Assembly: GCF_036321535.1 (NCBI RefSeq) | Contig: NC_087469.1 | Coordinates: forward strand, 12,214,001-12,278,000 | Source: Camelus dromedarius | Taxonomy: Eukaryota | Direction of reading: 5' to 3' | DNA length: 64,000 nt | In this document: in pieces, positions 25,477-38,799 of the stretch | How the letters are laid out: each line of letters begins with the position of its first letter | How positions within the stretch are numbered: the first letter of the stretch is position 1 | Made by a program: the position numbers and the translations under genes | The notes under the pieces: generated by a model | What the model was told of the DNA's origin: nothing | What the model saw: only the letters and a program-made list of their open reading frames with translations | The model's database searches: none

Positions 25477-28323
25477 TTGATTGGGCTTACCCAAGTAAAA
25501 TCTGATAAAGTTGATGAATTGAGGGGACAATAAATTTAAAGTAAGCAATCAAATTAAACTCCTCCTGAGCACAGGTTCTAGAGAAAATTTCTTAAGTAAT
25601 TACCCCAACTCTTGGGTTTACTTCACCAGGCAGAGAGCCTCAATCGATTCCTTCCCTAGGGACCAGGAGCCTATTTCTCTGCAATATATTTGCAACTTAT
25701 TCAAGTTATCATCTTTCTCTTATGAAAATTAAATGTTTCAAGGAGGGCTACGCTATCTTCCCTAGGGCTATTACTCTCTGAGTGACCTCAGGGCTTCAAA
25801 GTATCCAGACGCAGTCATCTTGAGCCGGCACAAACAGCAGGTGACCTGGATCATCATGCAGGACCCAGAATAAAAGAGAAAGAAATGCACTTGGGTTCGT
25901 GAGCTGTAGCAAGCTGCAGGAGGGCAGTTTGATGGGCCAGAGTGATTTAGGGAGACTCATATTTCTAGCTGTTCCATGAACGGGTAAAACAAAACAGTAA
26001 AGGAAAATTTCCCTGGACTTCTTTTTTCACCAAAGACCTAGAAATAGTTCAAGGAAACTTCCAACTCTAAGAAGGAAAAACAGGAAAAAGATGGTGCCCC
26101 TATTTTTAGTCTCCATTCTCCTTTCCTCCTCATATCATTCTAGTATTTCTGTTTATATGCACTAAGTAAAGAATGTCTTCTCTGGCCCCCTCCTTGTTTC
26201 ATTCAGAAACTATACTGGCCAACTTCCTGGAGAAGAAACCCAAGCTTTGAGGGCCCTTCCCACCCCGGGACAGCAGAATCCACGCAGGAAAGAGAGTCGG
26301 ACCCTGAGAGAAGTCATTACTCTATTGAGAGGCGTGACACAAAGGATGTAGACCCTGGACCCCACCTGCAATGGCACAAACCACTTCAAGGTAAAACAAA
26401 AAGGCTGATGCGAACATTAAGAGGAACCGAATGCAGTCACCATGCCAGACATCTCTGGCAGCCCGTCCACTGCTCCTAATGCAAACCAGGGTCAAAGACA
26501 TGTGACCAGGCTCAGGAGACAGAGGGGATCGATAATGCAAAAGAGGAGTGTCTGCAGGAAGAAGCAGATCATTGCAAATTTAGATAAAATGTCTTCCCTG
26601 CTCAGGGCTCCTGATTGAAGCCCTACTTCTGCCATATTGACACTGGGGCACCCACTGCTTGGAGGGGAGATTGAGGGAGAGATGGAGGGGGTGGGGTACA
26701 GTATTATGTTGTCTTCAACTGAGAAACCCCAAAGAGTTCAGTGCCCAGCGGGCCAATTCAAGGAGAAAACACTGAGAATGTGAACTATTTTTAGAATAAT
26801 GGGACCAGAATAGACTGGGAGGTTGCTAAACTCCCATTTACCAGTAGGATAAACAGCAAATTTTATTTAATGACTTAAATGGACTGAGAACTTATTACCT
26901 GAGCCAGGTACATTTTACTAATAAGGAAACTAAAGCTTAAAGAAGTGAAGTCACTTCCCCAGCCACCAGACAGTAAGCAGTACACCCAGGACTCAGACCA
27001 AGCTCTGCCTCTCTGCAAAGTCAGACAGTAACCTTCACTCCAGTGTTAAAGGCTCGTTTACAATACAACTAAATACACGTTTCCAGGCCATTCTCTTCCT
27101 CATGGTCTTCACCGTGTCAGGGTTACTGGTGTGCACCTGACCTGTCTGGATTCATAGGAACAAGAACAAGTATCTCAGAAGACAATTGAGTTATCGAGGT
27201 GGAGGGTGCAGGCAAAAAAAAAAAAAAAAAAAGAAAGAAAGAAAAGAAAAAGGATCACTGAAAAATGCAGAAAGCATGGAGATTTAAGCCTAGTACCACA
27301 CTGTTTGCTTCCCTTGATTGAGTCTGCTTAGAGAGAACTGAGCTGTTGAATTAAAGCAATAAACTGGTCAAGTCTACCTATGGGTTCCTTAAGCCTCGAC
27401 GGTTTTGTTGTTATTATTGTTGCTCAGTATGTGACGTATCATCATGAGAAGCTACACTGGAGGCAAATCCCATCCTGCACGCTCCCAGGGCCTTTTCCCC
27501 AGGCAAATGGTCTAAGTCTCCCCAGCTCTCCTGACCTATCTCACAGATGCCGCACTAAGAGCAAAAATGGAAAAATTCTAAATAACCAACATCCACTTTG
27601 TTTTACACGTGGTTAACAATTACTTTTCTGCTTTACGAAGAAAACTAGGATCTACTGAGCAGGTAGAGTGCACACCCCCTATACTACGTGATGTATGTAT
27701 ATGCCATCTCGCTGACTTCCCACCATCAACTTTTGAATCTCTACATGCTTAACCTCCAGCTGGTGCAACCACAGGTGACAGTGATCAGTTTTCCCAGAGC
27801 CAGGACCGATGGGTTGCATGGGGGTTTAAGCCAATATTCTTAAGACTTTCAACGTAAGTACTCTTTCTTCTATGCTCTTCCTTCATCCTCTTTAATGATT
27901 TTTGTCCTTGCCACACCTCTGGGTCATCATTCTGAACTTCAGAAGTCATAGTTCAACAGAGAAGAAGGTATAGATTACTGAGCTGAAAAAAACTGTACTG
28001 AAATACACATACATCCAACAAGTAAACGCTTAAAACTCCTCAACTAAGTGGTTTACTCTCTCTTTTTCTGTCTTTTTCATCTAAAATTGAAACATAGAAG
28101 ACTCATTCCAATTACCTGAAGGTTTGGGCTCGCTGACTCCAGATTTCCAGACACGTAAAGCGAAGCGTTTCACGTCCAGAGAAGCTTTCGGGGGTAACGG
28201 CTGTCAGGGAAAGGGTGTCGGGTGAGGAGACGTAACGCATTCACGACTGTTCCTCCTCTGGGAGGCACGGGGTGAAGGGGAAAGAGCGGGGCCCGGGGAC
28301 GCATCCGTATCTGAATGAGAACC

Positions 28324-28333
28324 GTGACGTCAC
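28324..28333. promoter_or_regulatory. Full CRE palindrome (GTGACGTCAC) in a CpG-dense patch
   Basis: TGACGTCA at 28325-28332; hand count of 20 CpG in 28141-28380. Confidence 0.4.
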
Positions 28334-29489
28334 CACTGGGGGAGGCTGAGCAAGCGACTTCCCTTCTCGGCACCTCGGTCTCTTCCTCCTCAAGATCAGA
28401 ACGATGCTACCAACCTCCAAGGGGTATTGTGAGGACCAAGTGAGGGGATCCCCACAAAAGGCCAAGCATCAGGCCGGGCACATACACACACTCACCCGAA
28501 CTGGAAACTAGACTTTTAAACACACTTTCAGAAGCGTGATGCGCCCTCCTGATACAGCTGCTTATTGTACTCAAATGAGGTGGGGAGAGGGCACGTGCGG
28601 TACCCACTGCTGGTCAAGGGGGTTCATCATGGAGGAAAGGAAGCATTCGTTTTTATGGTTTGTATTTTTGTTTTTGTTTGTTTGTTTGTTTTGATTCTCA
28701 TTTTCTGCAGTTTTGATTGGCTGGAGGAAGAGGCAGTTTATTACCTTGCCATTTACAACCATGGCTACACTGGTGTTCACGGCCAGGAAGGTGGCAATTC
28801 AAACCAAGAACATCTGCTGACTTCAAGGCCAGATGATTCCTTTACTACCATGGGTTGTGCTGTGTAACCGATCTCCGTGTTGTGCCGTTCGGAGTCTCTC
28901 ACAACTGCCTGGATCCCACAGATGGTGTCTCCGCTTTTATACTGCCCTACTTTCTCTGAATTTCTCCATCTCCAGGGCCGTTACTGCCTCCTGACTCACT
29001 CTGAGCCTATTATGCTGTTATCCTGCACCCAGCACTGGCTGTTTAACTTTCTACTTTCTGTCACAACGTTATGGGCCCAGGATTGTAGCCTCTGAGACGG
29101 TGTCTGTCTGCTCACTGACAGTGCCCTCCACTGGGGGAACGGGAGGTGGGGGGCATCCCTTTGTGTACATATTATCAGAGGAGAGATGGTGCCGAAGCAG
29201 TTCAGGGAGGAGGAAGCATCCTGACGGGGGTGCTGCAGGCAGGGGAAGCGGCAGACAGCACTCCAGCTGAAATAACGAAAACCCGCAGTTTAACGTCACC
29301 ACGTACCCTCATATATACACAATCCCAACTGAAAGGGGACATTAGCAATTAGCTGGTAAATTATCTTTCCATACATTCCCCTTACAAAGTCACTCTGGAG
29401 TATCCACTTTCTAAAGTGGCTGCCCACACAGAATTCTCTGTCTCTACGGCAGCTGTTTTTCCGTGTCGATGGAACAGGACAGTATCCGA

Positions 29490-29730
29490 GGGTTGTTCTG
29501 ATCCAGTGTTGGGTTCAAATTACAGCTGGGTTTCCAAGTTCTATTACCTGGGTGACAGTCTCAGCTCTGCAGCCAATCTTCCAAATGACTCAATGTCCAC
29601 GGGCTTCCATTTCCTCATCTATACCATGGGGATAATACTGCTTACCTTGCACGGCTTGGGGGAGTTGACTGAAATATGCGTAAGTCCGGGATGCCATGCT
29701 CGTAATCAGAGGAACTGGTGCTTGAGTGTC
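29490..29730 (+). mobile_element. MIR SINE, near full length
   Basis: 'gggttcaaattacagc...ctattacctgggtgac...ttcctcatctataccatggggataatact...cggcttgggggag...tggtgcttgagt'. Confidence 0.8.
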
Positions 29731-30059
29731 CCCCTCCCGTCTTTACTGCTCCAACTGACCATCGATGCACACATGGCTTTATCATGGAATTCCAATGGCC
29801 CATGTTTCCAGCCAAACTGGTTTCCAAGGGGCTGGATTTATTCCACATTACTCAGCCCAGGGACTGAGAATAGAGTTCAACCAATATTAGTGGAATTAGG
29901 AACAAGTGGAGTTATAAACCTGAAGAACAACTGATGAGTTCAAAGGAAGAGAGGATCACAGTTTTTTTTTTAATTAGATTTTTTTCAAGTCATATCCTCC
30001 CAGATTACCATTAATAGTACCCTCTTCAAAAATAAGCTATGTCTCTATTTTATGTACAG

Positions 30060-30140
30060 AAAATAAAAGAGAGAGAAAGAGCGGGGAGAGGGAAAGAAGG
30101 AGGGAGGGAGGAAGACAGGAAGGAAGCGGGGAAGGGAGGA
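30060..30140. repeat. Purine-rich low-complexity tract
   Basis: 'aaaataaaagagagagaaagagcggggagagggaaagaaggagggagggaggaagacaggaaggaagcgggg'. Confidence 0.85.
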
Positions 30141-31399
30141 AACCCACCACCAAACTCCTGGGAGCTTCCTGCGTCAAACAGCAGCCTCTGACCGCCCATC
30201 CTAAGCAGAATGCTTGTAGAAAACAAACCAATTTCGCTACTAACTACTCCTAAGGATAATTAAGAAGGAAAATGGGACTTCGGAAAAGAGGGAGGACAGA
30301 ATCTCTCACTTCCACAGCTAAGGAGAAAGGACATTTGAATTCTCTGTCATTTCAGTATTACCAGTGTTAGGAATACGTTCCAGTGATGAAACAAACAGAA
30401 AGCTGACTGTGTCTCTTTCCTAGGTTCCTGTGCAGATCATGATCAGATGCTCTATTTACTGAGCACCTACTACGTGTTCACAGTTCAGCAGCCTGGAAAC
30501 TAATTCAGATCAGCTTAGCCCCGATGGGATAAAGTTTGAGCCATGCATGATAAAGCTTGAATTAAACGCTTATTTAGAAGGAGGGAACAAGCAAGCCGCC
30601 TGAAAAGGAAGGGAAAGGGCACTGGACCTCATTCCGGGAGGGACGTCTCGACCTCCCCTCAAAGGAAGTCTTCTATGTGGACCCAGGTGCTGCTTGGGGG
30701 GGCCTGGCGGGGCGGTGGGGGATAAAAGGCTTTCTGGAGGCCCTCTGACCCCAGCCGTCCCACGGGAAATGAGCGAGGAGGCTGCTGGCGGGCAGACAAG
30801 CAGGTGTGCCCTTAAGAAGCCATGGAGATTAGCTGGGGCTTATCCAAACCTCCGCAGGAGGCAAATCTCTCCTGCTTCTCAGGAGACCCCGGTGCTCCTC
30901 TGGCATCAAATAAGCCAGATGCAGACTGGATGTCAACTTGGCCCTTTGTGAACCCAGGGCCCCAGCGCGGGACTCTGGACACCATCACTCTCACCAGGGC
31001 CCCCAATGAGAACGAGTTTTTGATGCATATGTTTAGAAAAAAGGAAGAGAGAGAAAAAGAGATGACCACAAGGCAGGATCACGGGCAGATGAACCTCACT
31101 TGAGCTTGGCCCTTTGTATGGGGGATCATTTTTGCCCCCCAAAATTTGACCAAGAGTTTCTTCTTTTGCCGGAAAATTTGACTTTTGGGGAAAATAGGTG
31201 GTATCTGCTCTCCAGTAAAAGTAAAAGCCGGAAGATGCAAGGGTTGAGAGTTCCCCTTCTCAGGAGCCCCAGGGGGAGTAAATTAGCAACACGAGCAGAG
31301 GAAGGAGCAGGGAAGGGGGCCCCTGTCAGTGCAGAAAATGCCCGCTTTATTCTGTGTCCAGGTCTACCCAAGTGGGGAAGGCACTGGCTTTAGACACAC

Positions 31400-31620
31400 T
31401 GGAAGCAGCAGACGCGCAGTGGAATCCCGATTCTGCCGTGTCTAAGCCGTGCGACTCTGAGCAAGTCCTTTAGCCTCGCCAAGCACCGATTTTCCCATCC
31501 TTACAGGAGTCGAATAAGGGCTCCTTCACAGAGCCATCTGAGCATTAAACAGCCAAATTTACATGAACCCTTAGCACGGTACTTAGCTCATAAAAGGTGC
31601 TCAATAAAAGTTAGTTTCTT
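31400..31620 (+). mobile_element. MIR SINE
   Basis: 'gaatcccgattctgcc...actctgagcaagtcctttagcctc...ttttcccatccttaca...ttacatgaacccttagcacggtacttagctcataaaaggtgctcaataaaagttagt'. Confidence 0.85.
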
Positions 31621-32899
31621 CCTCTCTTTCAGCAACCCAGTTCTCTGTAACGCAACAGATGACAGCCTCACCACGTCATGCTCGCGGAAACCCAGCGCCA
31701 GCAAGGGTAAGTCACTTTCCCAAACCTCACTCAGATGGGAGAAGTGGGGGCTCAGAGCCCAGACTTTCCTGATGCCCTCACCAGGCCTTGCTGTGTGACT
31801 GGCACCGTACACATGACCTCGTACCCAGTCTCGGAAAGATCCAATAACGACCGCAGCAGAAGGGAGGCCTGAGAGTCGGATACTAGTATTCCACAGGCCA
31901 CGCCTGGCAGGAGTGTCCCCCAGGGCGGCTGTAGTCCTAACTGCCTCCCTTACGGCTGAAATTCACCCAAAGAACAGGCGGGAGGTATGGGGTTTGGGGT
32001 GCAGCGTGGTACTCGTGGTTTTAGCTAATGGCATAAGCAAGAACTCTCTTATCTTTCAAGCTGTTTGGGCCACACACGTATCCAAGAACAAGACAGGTGG
32101 CTCTGGAATGGCTGAAATGTAGAGAAGATGACCTTGACACCATAACAACAACAATAGGAATTCTGTTTTCAACTCGCTCCCGCCCCCACATGTGACCCAA
32201 GCCGGAACATCACTGCAGAGCTGGGACACAGCCTTCTCTCCACCTGACTCTCAGGTCATGTCTGGGGCAGGGAGGTTCTCTGAGAGAGGCCGGGTGCTGG
32301 TGAATCTTGTCTTTGTTTCTTCCCAGAAGTGGCTGAATTTCTATTTCCACTTGGAATGCCCGATCTCCAACACCTAAACCTTCATGATTTTAGAACTGCA
32401 GGGAAGCTGGTACTCATTTTCTAAATTTTTATGCTCATTTTCTAAATTTTTATAAATTTTATTCTGATTTTATAACAGATGAAACTAAGGGAGACTCAGA
32501 GGTGTGGCCAGCTAACCCTCCAGCACTCCCCTTCTCCCCTGGTGACCCAGGGCTTCAGGGACCCATACACATGGGAGAAGCCACCTCAGTGCACATCTGC
32601 TCTCCTCATTGCAAAGCTACCTGTGCACAGAGCTCAGGAGAGAGGCACTGCACGTCAAGTGTGAGAAGGACACAATTAGTATGACAAACATTCCAATGTT
32701 CCATTAAACATCCTCAGGACAAGTGAATAAATAAAATGCCCCCAAAAAAGACCCTGAAAACAGTATTACCTTTTTAATTCAGAGACTCCTTTATGGGTCC
32801 CCAAGACAGTCTGCTATAAGGATCATCATGGAGACAGCAAATCACCACAAACAGAGCCTTTGGTTTAGTCTCATCATGTCTGATAAAGCTGTTTCAGGC

Positions 32900-33005
32900 A
32901 ACTATAATTTATTGAGCACCTACTATGTGCTGGGTACATTCTAAGTGCTAAGAACACAAAAATAAACAGCCACAGTCTCTGAGCTCAAGAAACTCACTGT
33001 CTAGG
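32900..33005 (-). mobile_element. L2 3' end fragment
   Basis: 'tttattgagcacctactatgtgctgggtacattctaagtgct...gagctcaagaaactcactgtctag'. Confidence 0.85.
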
Positions 33006-33024
33006 AAAAAGTCAAAACAAGTAG

Positions 33025-34200
33025 TACAGAAAACAATAAAACTCAGAAGAAAATGTAGGGGGAAGTTTCATGACAGAATTTGGCAATAATTTCTTGGATT
33101 TAACATCAAAAGCCCAACAGAAAAAGAAAAAAATAGAGCAATTGGACTGCATCAAAATGTAAAACTTCTGTGCATTAAATGACATGATTAACAGAGCAAA
33201 AAGGTAACCCACTGAATGAAAGAAAATATTTGCGAATCATGTATCTGATAAGGGGTCCAGCATATATAATGAACTCCTACAACTCAACCANNNNNNNNNN
33301 NNNNNNNNNNNNNNNNNNNNNNNNNNNNNNNNNNNNNNNNNNNNNNNNNNNNNNNNNNNNNNNNNNNNNNNNNNNNNNNNNNNNNNNNNNNNNNNNNNNN
33401 NNNNNNNNNNNNNNNNNNNNNNNNNNNNNNNNNNNNNNNNNNNNNNNNNNNNNNNNNNNNNNNNNNNNNNNNNNNNNNNNNNNNNNNNNNNNNNNNNNNN
33501 NNNNNNNNNNNNNNNNNNNNNNNNNNACTGTGGATGGAGTGTAACGTGATGCAGCCAGTGTGAGCAACAGTGTGGCTGTGCCTCAGAAACTCAAAAACAG
33601 AACTACCATATGATTTCACAATCTCACTTCTGGGTATGGACCCAAAAGAACTGAAAGCAGGGTCTGGAAGAGATATTCATACATTCATGCTTACAGTAAA
33701 ATTATTCACCACAGCAAAAGGTGGAAGGGACCACCAACAGGTGAGTGGATGACTACGATGGGGTGTATACATACAGTGGAGTGTTAGCCTCAAGAGAGAA
33801 GGAAGTTCTGATACAGGCTGAGGTATGGATGAATCTTGAGGACACTGTGCAAAGTGACATAAGCTGTCATGAAAAGACAACTACTCTATGATTCCAATTG
33901 TATGAAGCGCCTCGAGTACCTCTCATTCACAGAGACAGAAAGTAGAATGGCAGTTGCAAAGGCTAAGGGAGGGAGGAATGGGGAGTTACTGATCCCCAGA
34001 TGCAGAGTTTCACTTCTGCAAAAGTTCTGTGGATGGAAGGAACGATGGATGGATGGATGGATGGATGGATGGATGGATGGTGGTGATGGTCGCACAACAT
34101 GTGACTGAACTTCATGCCACTGAACTATATGTACACTTAAAAATGGCTAAGATGGAACTTTTTTTATGCTATGTGTATTTTACCAAAATTAAAAAAAAAT
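33025..34200 (+). mobile_element. L1MB-type L1 3' portion (ORF2 end and 3' UTR), partly N-masked (33291-33526)
   Basis: 'aaacaataaaactcagaagaaaatgtaggg...catcaaaatgtaaaacttctgtgcattaaatgaca...tttgcgaatcatgtatctgataaggg', and 3' end 'tggtgatggtcgcacaacatgtga...gccactgaact...cacttaaaaatggctaa...tattttacc' plus A tail. Confidence 0.92.
34044..34080. repeat. (GGAT)8 microsatellite inside the L1MB 3' UTR
   Basis: Eight perfect GGAT units at 34047-34078. Confidence 0.97.
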
Positions 34201-36489
34201 ACAAGCAGTACAATCACCATCATCAGTATACATATCAGGAGACAACTTAGGTCCCCAGTGCCCCTGCCTTATTGCAAGAGGCTGTGCTGATGAGGGCCCT
34301 GCAGAAACCACTCACAAAGGAGTGCTGGGACTGCGCACAAGTGTGGAATCCTGGAAGAAGGGAGGCCACGCTGCAGAAAGCCGGTGAACTGCAGAGCCCT
34401 GACAAGCCTTTCTTGGAGACCACAAACCTTTCCAGAGCTTTATAAAACCAGTGATGTGACATTTCTCCATTAACAGTCAGAAATCATTTTAAGTGCCATC
34501 TTCACAGACCCGACATATTTGGACAGGCTAAAAAGTTCCACATCATTAATTCTTGCTTTTGACTGTTAAGAGGTTTTGCTTTGTGCCTTAGACAGGGGCA
34601 ATGGATACTCAGGCGATCTTTGCGGTTATTCGGTACGTCTTAGAATCACAATATTAAACTTGCTGGCGAGGACTTACCGGTTTATTTCTAAGAGACACTC
34701 TCGATCTGGGTTCCCCTCCGGTGGGGAATTTTTCCTGGAGCAGCGGCACAGCGATGGAGAGATGGATGTGGAACAGCAACATCTTTCCTGAGAGGGAACA
34801 TAAGAAAGACAATTACCCAAGGCCAAGGTGAAATCACCTCCCCACAGCCCCACCATTTATGTACCTCCTGTAACTCACGAGTGCCCAAAAAGCCACACCT
34901 CTGCCCACAGCATCTAACAAGCTCCCTTCCCACTTCTCCTTTAAGCTCGGTGCTGGGCTGAGCTGGGCGCGCAGAGAAGATGCAATCCTTGCATCTGATA
35001 ACTTCACATCCTCGAGTGTGAGAAGCACTCAAGTAGGAATGACGCCGTCAGAATATAGGATATGCTGTGGTTTTGTCTGCAAAACATACAGGAAACACAA
35101 GCACCTCCTCTGATGCCACTTTCAGATGGATGAGAAAGCGAAAGCTCAGAGAAACAAAAGAAGCGCGAAGCCACTTCATGGACTTTGCTCAATCAGGTAG
35201 TGGTCTCAAATGCGTGCTCCCTCGTGCCTGGTCTCTGTCTGGACTCGGATGGAGCCCAGAGCTGAGGCTGAGAGCACAGGATTCCCTCCCTATCCCAGCC
35301 TGCCAGCCCCCCAAAAAAGGAGACACTCCCTGCCCCTTGGCTACAGAATGTGCAGCCACCCCTTGGATCAGAGAGGCAGACAGCCAGCGAGTGCAAACGG
35401 CAAATCCATCAGCACCGCTATCCAAACTGCGAGGCAGGCCACGCTGTCTTCGTGAATTAAATATGACACGTTGCAATGATCTCGTGGCTCGGAGAGACCT
35501 CACCGCCTGACACGCTGGGTCAGCCTAATTCCCAGCCTGTTTCAGACACCCAAACAAATTAACACATGTTCCATGATGATACAAAGTCGTGTTTGTGTGT
35601 ATGCGTGTGTGTTTCAAAGCCTCCATGATCGTCAATTAAACATTTATCTGACTTCCACTGACCTATGAGAGGGAGGTATCATCCGCCCGCTCGGGGGGAG
35701 CATCAGCTGTTTTTCACAGTCAGCTTCCCTTCTTGGTCAGTGGAACGTATACTGAAACCTCAATGAAGAGCCCTCACTGTCTTTTGTACTGGATCCATGT
35801 ACCAGGCTGAATGAAGCTTTTAGAACCAGCAAGGACCAGATGGCCCTCCAAGAGCATCTCTGAATGTTTGGATCTGAGTCATTTGTACGCGGATGTCTTC
35901 ACAAAATAGCAATCTGGGGAACAGGCTCCAGGCTGAGTCCAGCTTTCCAGACAGCCCATCTTTGCCCACAATTGAGTAGACAAGCACAATATTGTCGGCT
36001 TCCACAAAAATGTTACAGCGTTTATCTATATGTGTAGCATCAAATACACGAAGAGTCCCCATCAGGCTGTCACTACAGCGTTAGTTCGCCACAGCAACGT
36101 CCCTCCCCAGTTGTTTCTCTTTTTCCCACTGCACCTACAATTTCTCTCCCAGGACAGGAATCAAGCCAGCTTTGTGAATCAGCCAGCAGAGGGTACTACA
36201 ATACTGGTGCACTGATCCAAATCCCAGCAAATTCAGAACCGAAAAAGATTTCGACTCATTGAAATGGGCTCTAGTTTCACCATGTGCTGGGAGCTCCCAG
36301 CCAGAAAGAGGAGGACCCGGGGATGCGAGCGATGGAGCCAGGGCTGTACTGGGGATGGGCCTGCTCCTCTGAGGAAGAAATGAGGTGTCAGTGTGAGTCC
36401 AGGATCATGAGTCCAAGGGGAAGGGTAAACTCAGTTCAAAAGTGGGAAGTGATCAAAATTAAGGGTCAACCCAGCACTCCCACTTCTTG

Positions 36490-36990
36490 GTATTTACCCT
36501 AGAGAGATCTTATGTTTGCACAAACAACTGTACATGGATATTTATAGCAGCCCTATTCATAATCACCCCAACCTGGAAACAATCCCAATGCCCTTCTACC
36601 TGTAAATGGATAAACCAACTGTGGTATATCCATATAATGGAAAACTACTCAGCAATAAAAAAGAACAAGTTATTGATACATACAACACCAATGAACCTCA
36701 AAGGTACCCTGTTGAGTGGGAGAAGCCACTCTCAAGGAACAGCTCCATTCTCATGATGCCATTTGTATGACCTGTTCAACCTCTGAGCGTTGCCAGGGAC
36801 TGAGAGGGAGGGGAGAGGATGACTACCAAGGAAAGAGCATGAAAGAATGTTCTGGAGTTGATGTAACTGTTCTCTACTCTGCTTTTGGTGATGATTACGT
36901 GAATGTATGCACACGTGTTAAAATTCACAGAACTGTACAGGCAAGTCCGTTTCACTGATGTTAATTAAAAAATAAAAATTTAAAAAGAAA
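36490..36990 (+). mobile_element. Old L1 (L1MC/MD-like) 3' end
   Basis: 'atttatagcagccctattcataat...ggaaacaatcccaatgcccttc...aatggataaaccaactgtggtatatccatataatggaaaactactcagcaataaaaaagaacaa...gttaaaattcacagaactgtac'. Confidence 0.85.
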
Positions 36991-37688
36991 AGCAACAAGG
37001 CATAAAAAAATCAAAGGGGTATAATTCGAGGGGCAGGATGGGGTAAGTAGACAGAGAGTGAGGTCAACTAATGGTCTTCATCTACAATGTACAGGTGAAG
37101 TAAAGCAAAGGTCAGAAGCAGAGCTGAGCAAGGAGGACAGGCTGACAGGGACAAGGGGAGAGGTCGGGCTCCCCACTACCAACTGGTTGAGGTGGGGTCT
37201 CCTGAATACCAGCAGCTCCAGCTGAAGGGATCAGAGGAGCCAACTGGACCCACGTGGTGTTGACTGAGCAAGGAGGCTGCTGCTCAATGTTCCTGCAGCC
37301 CCAGGGCTCTGCTCGCCCTTAGGAACCCACATTCATGGCAACACAGAGCTGCCTCAAGTTAGTGCTTGACTTCATTTATCAGTCACGAGGAGCCCATCAG
37401 CTTCGGACAGAGGTTTAGTGGAGAGGGCAAGTGGCAAACCAAAGCCAGACAGATCTAATCTAACCCTCTTGTTTACAGATAAGGAACCCGGAAGGGCAAA
37501 GTAAAATGACACACAGTGAAAATCACACAGCTTGTGAGCACCTTCAGGAGCCCTGAATCCCAGCCCTGGGCCGTACCCACCCTGCCTAGCACCACTCCAT
37601 CATCAGGTCTCTAGCCCAGGATGGTATTTCTTCTCATCTGTCCTGGGTAGGTGAGACCATATTTTCCATTTAAAAGATGGCAAAACAA

Positions 37689-37925
37689 GGGATAGACGGG
37701 ATTTTAAAATTGTAGAATAGATAAACAAGATTATACTGTAAAGCACAGGGAAATATATACAAGATCTTATGGTAGCTCACAGAGAAAAAAATGTGACAAC
37801 GAATATATATGTGTTCATGTATAACTGAAAAATTGTGCTCTATACTGGAATTTGACACAGCATTGTAAAATGATTATAAATCAATAAAAAATGTTTAAAA
37901 AATAAATAAAAAATACATAAAAAAA
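37689..37925 (+). mobile_element. Young lineage-specific L1 3' end, 5'-truncated, with 18-bp target-site duplication
   Basis: 'gtagaatagataaacaagattatactgtaaagcacaggg...tatggtagctcac...gtataactgaaaaattgtgctct...gacacagcattgtaaaatgattataaatcaataaaaaatg' plus A-rich tail. Perfect duplication 'taaaagatggcaaaacaa' at 37671-37688 and 37926-37943. Confidence 0.93.
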
Positions 37926-38799
37926 TAAAAGATGGCAAAACAAAGGTGACTCGAGAGCATCCCATGACAACACAGGGAAAAACTGATTTCCTCCCTTACC
38001 CTTTCATTTGTTGTCATTACTCTTGTTCTTTTCTCAGATGAACTGAGATCCTGTGTCTCTTTTCTGGGTCAGCCTTCTCTTATTCATGCCATCAAAAACA
38101 ATGATTGGACTGGATGATTAAAAAAATAGTCAAAGTTCTTACTATCAAATCAACTCACGTCCTATTCAATGTTTTCCATTTCTACTTAGCTTTGGAGAGC
38201 TCAGAAGAGGGTGGACTGTCCTGATTTGCTTGGACTGAAAGTTACAAGAGAAAAGCTTTGGCTGAGGAAGACGCTGAGATCAAGGTACTGGCCCAGCCCT
38301 GCTAATAACTGGATGTGAGATTTTAGGTAAGTCATTTCCTTCCTTAAGACTTAATTTCCTCCTCTATAAAGTGAGCTGGTTGGATGAGAAAATCGTTAAG
38401 GTACTTTCCAGTCTTACAATGTTACATTCCATATTTCGTCCTAAGTATAGATGGCAAATAACTAAACTGGTTCACAAAAGAACAGATATGTTTCAGTAAT
38501 TCAACAAATATTAACTGAGAGTCTACTCTATTTTCCAGCTACACACTATCCAGGAGGTATTTAACAATATGTGAGAAACGAAGCCTGCCTTAAAGGACAC
38601 ACAATCTCATGGATCAGTAGAAGAGTTTGGGTTTAAATGATTGAGAGTCAAGGCACAACTGTTCCACTTGGACCCAAGTGGGCCATTTGTTGAGCCTTTC
38701 TGAACCCATTTCTTCATCTATAAATTGTGAATAATAATGGCTCGCTCTGGGAGTGAAAAATAAATGAAGGTATACTACGATTTATTATTAAGTCATTTA

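Noticed and set aside
29416-29934. 172-aa plus-strand ORF
   Set aside because: Largely overlaps a MIR; no recognisable domain.
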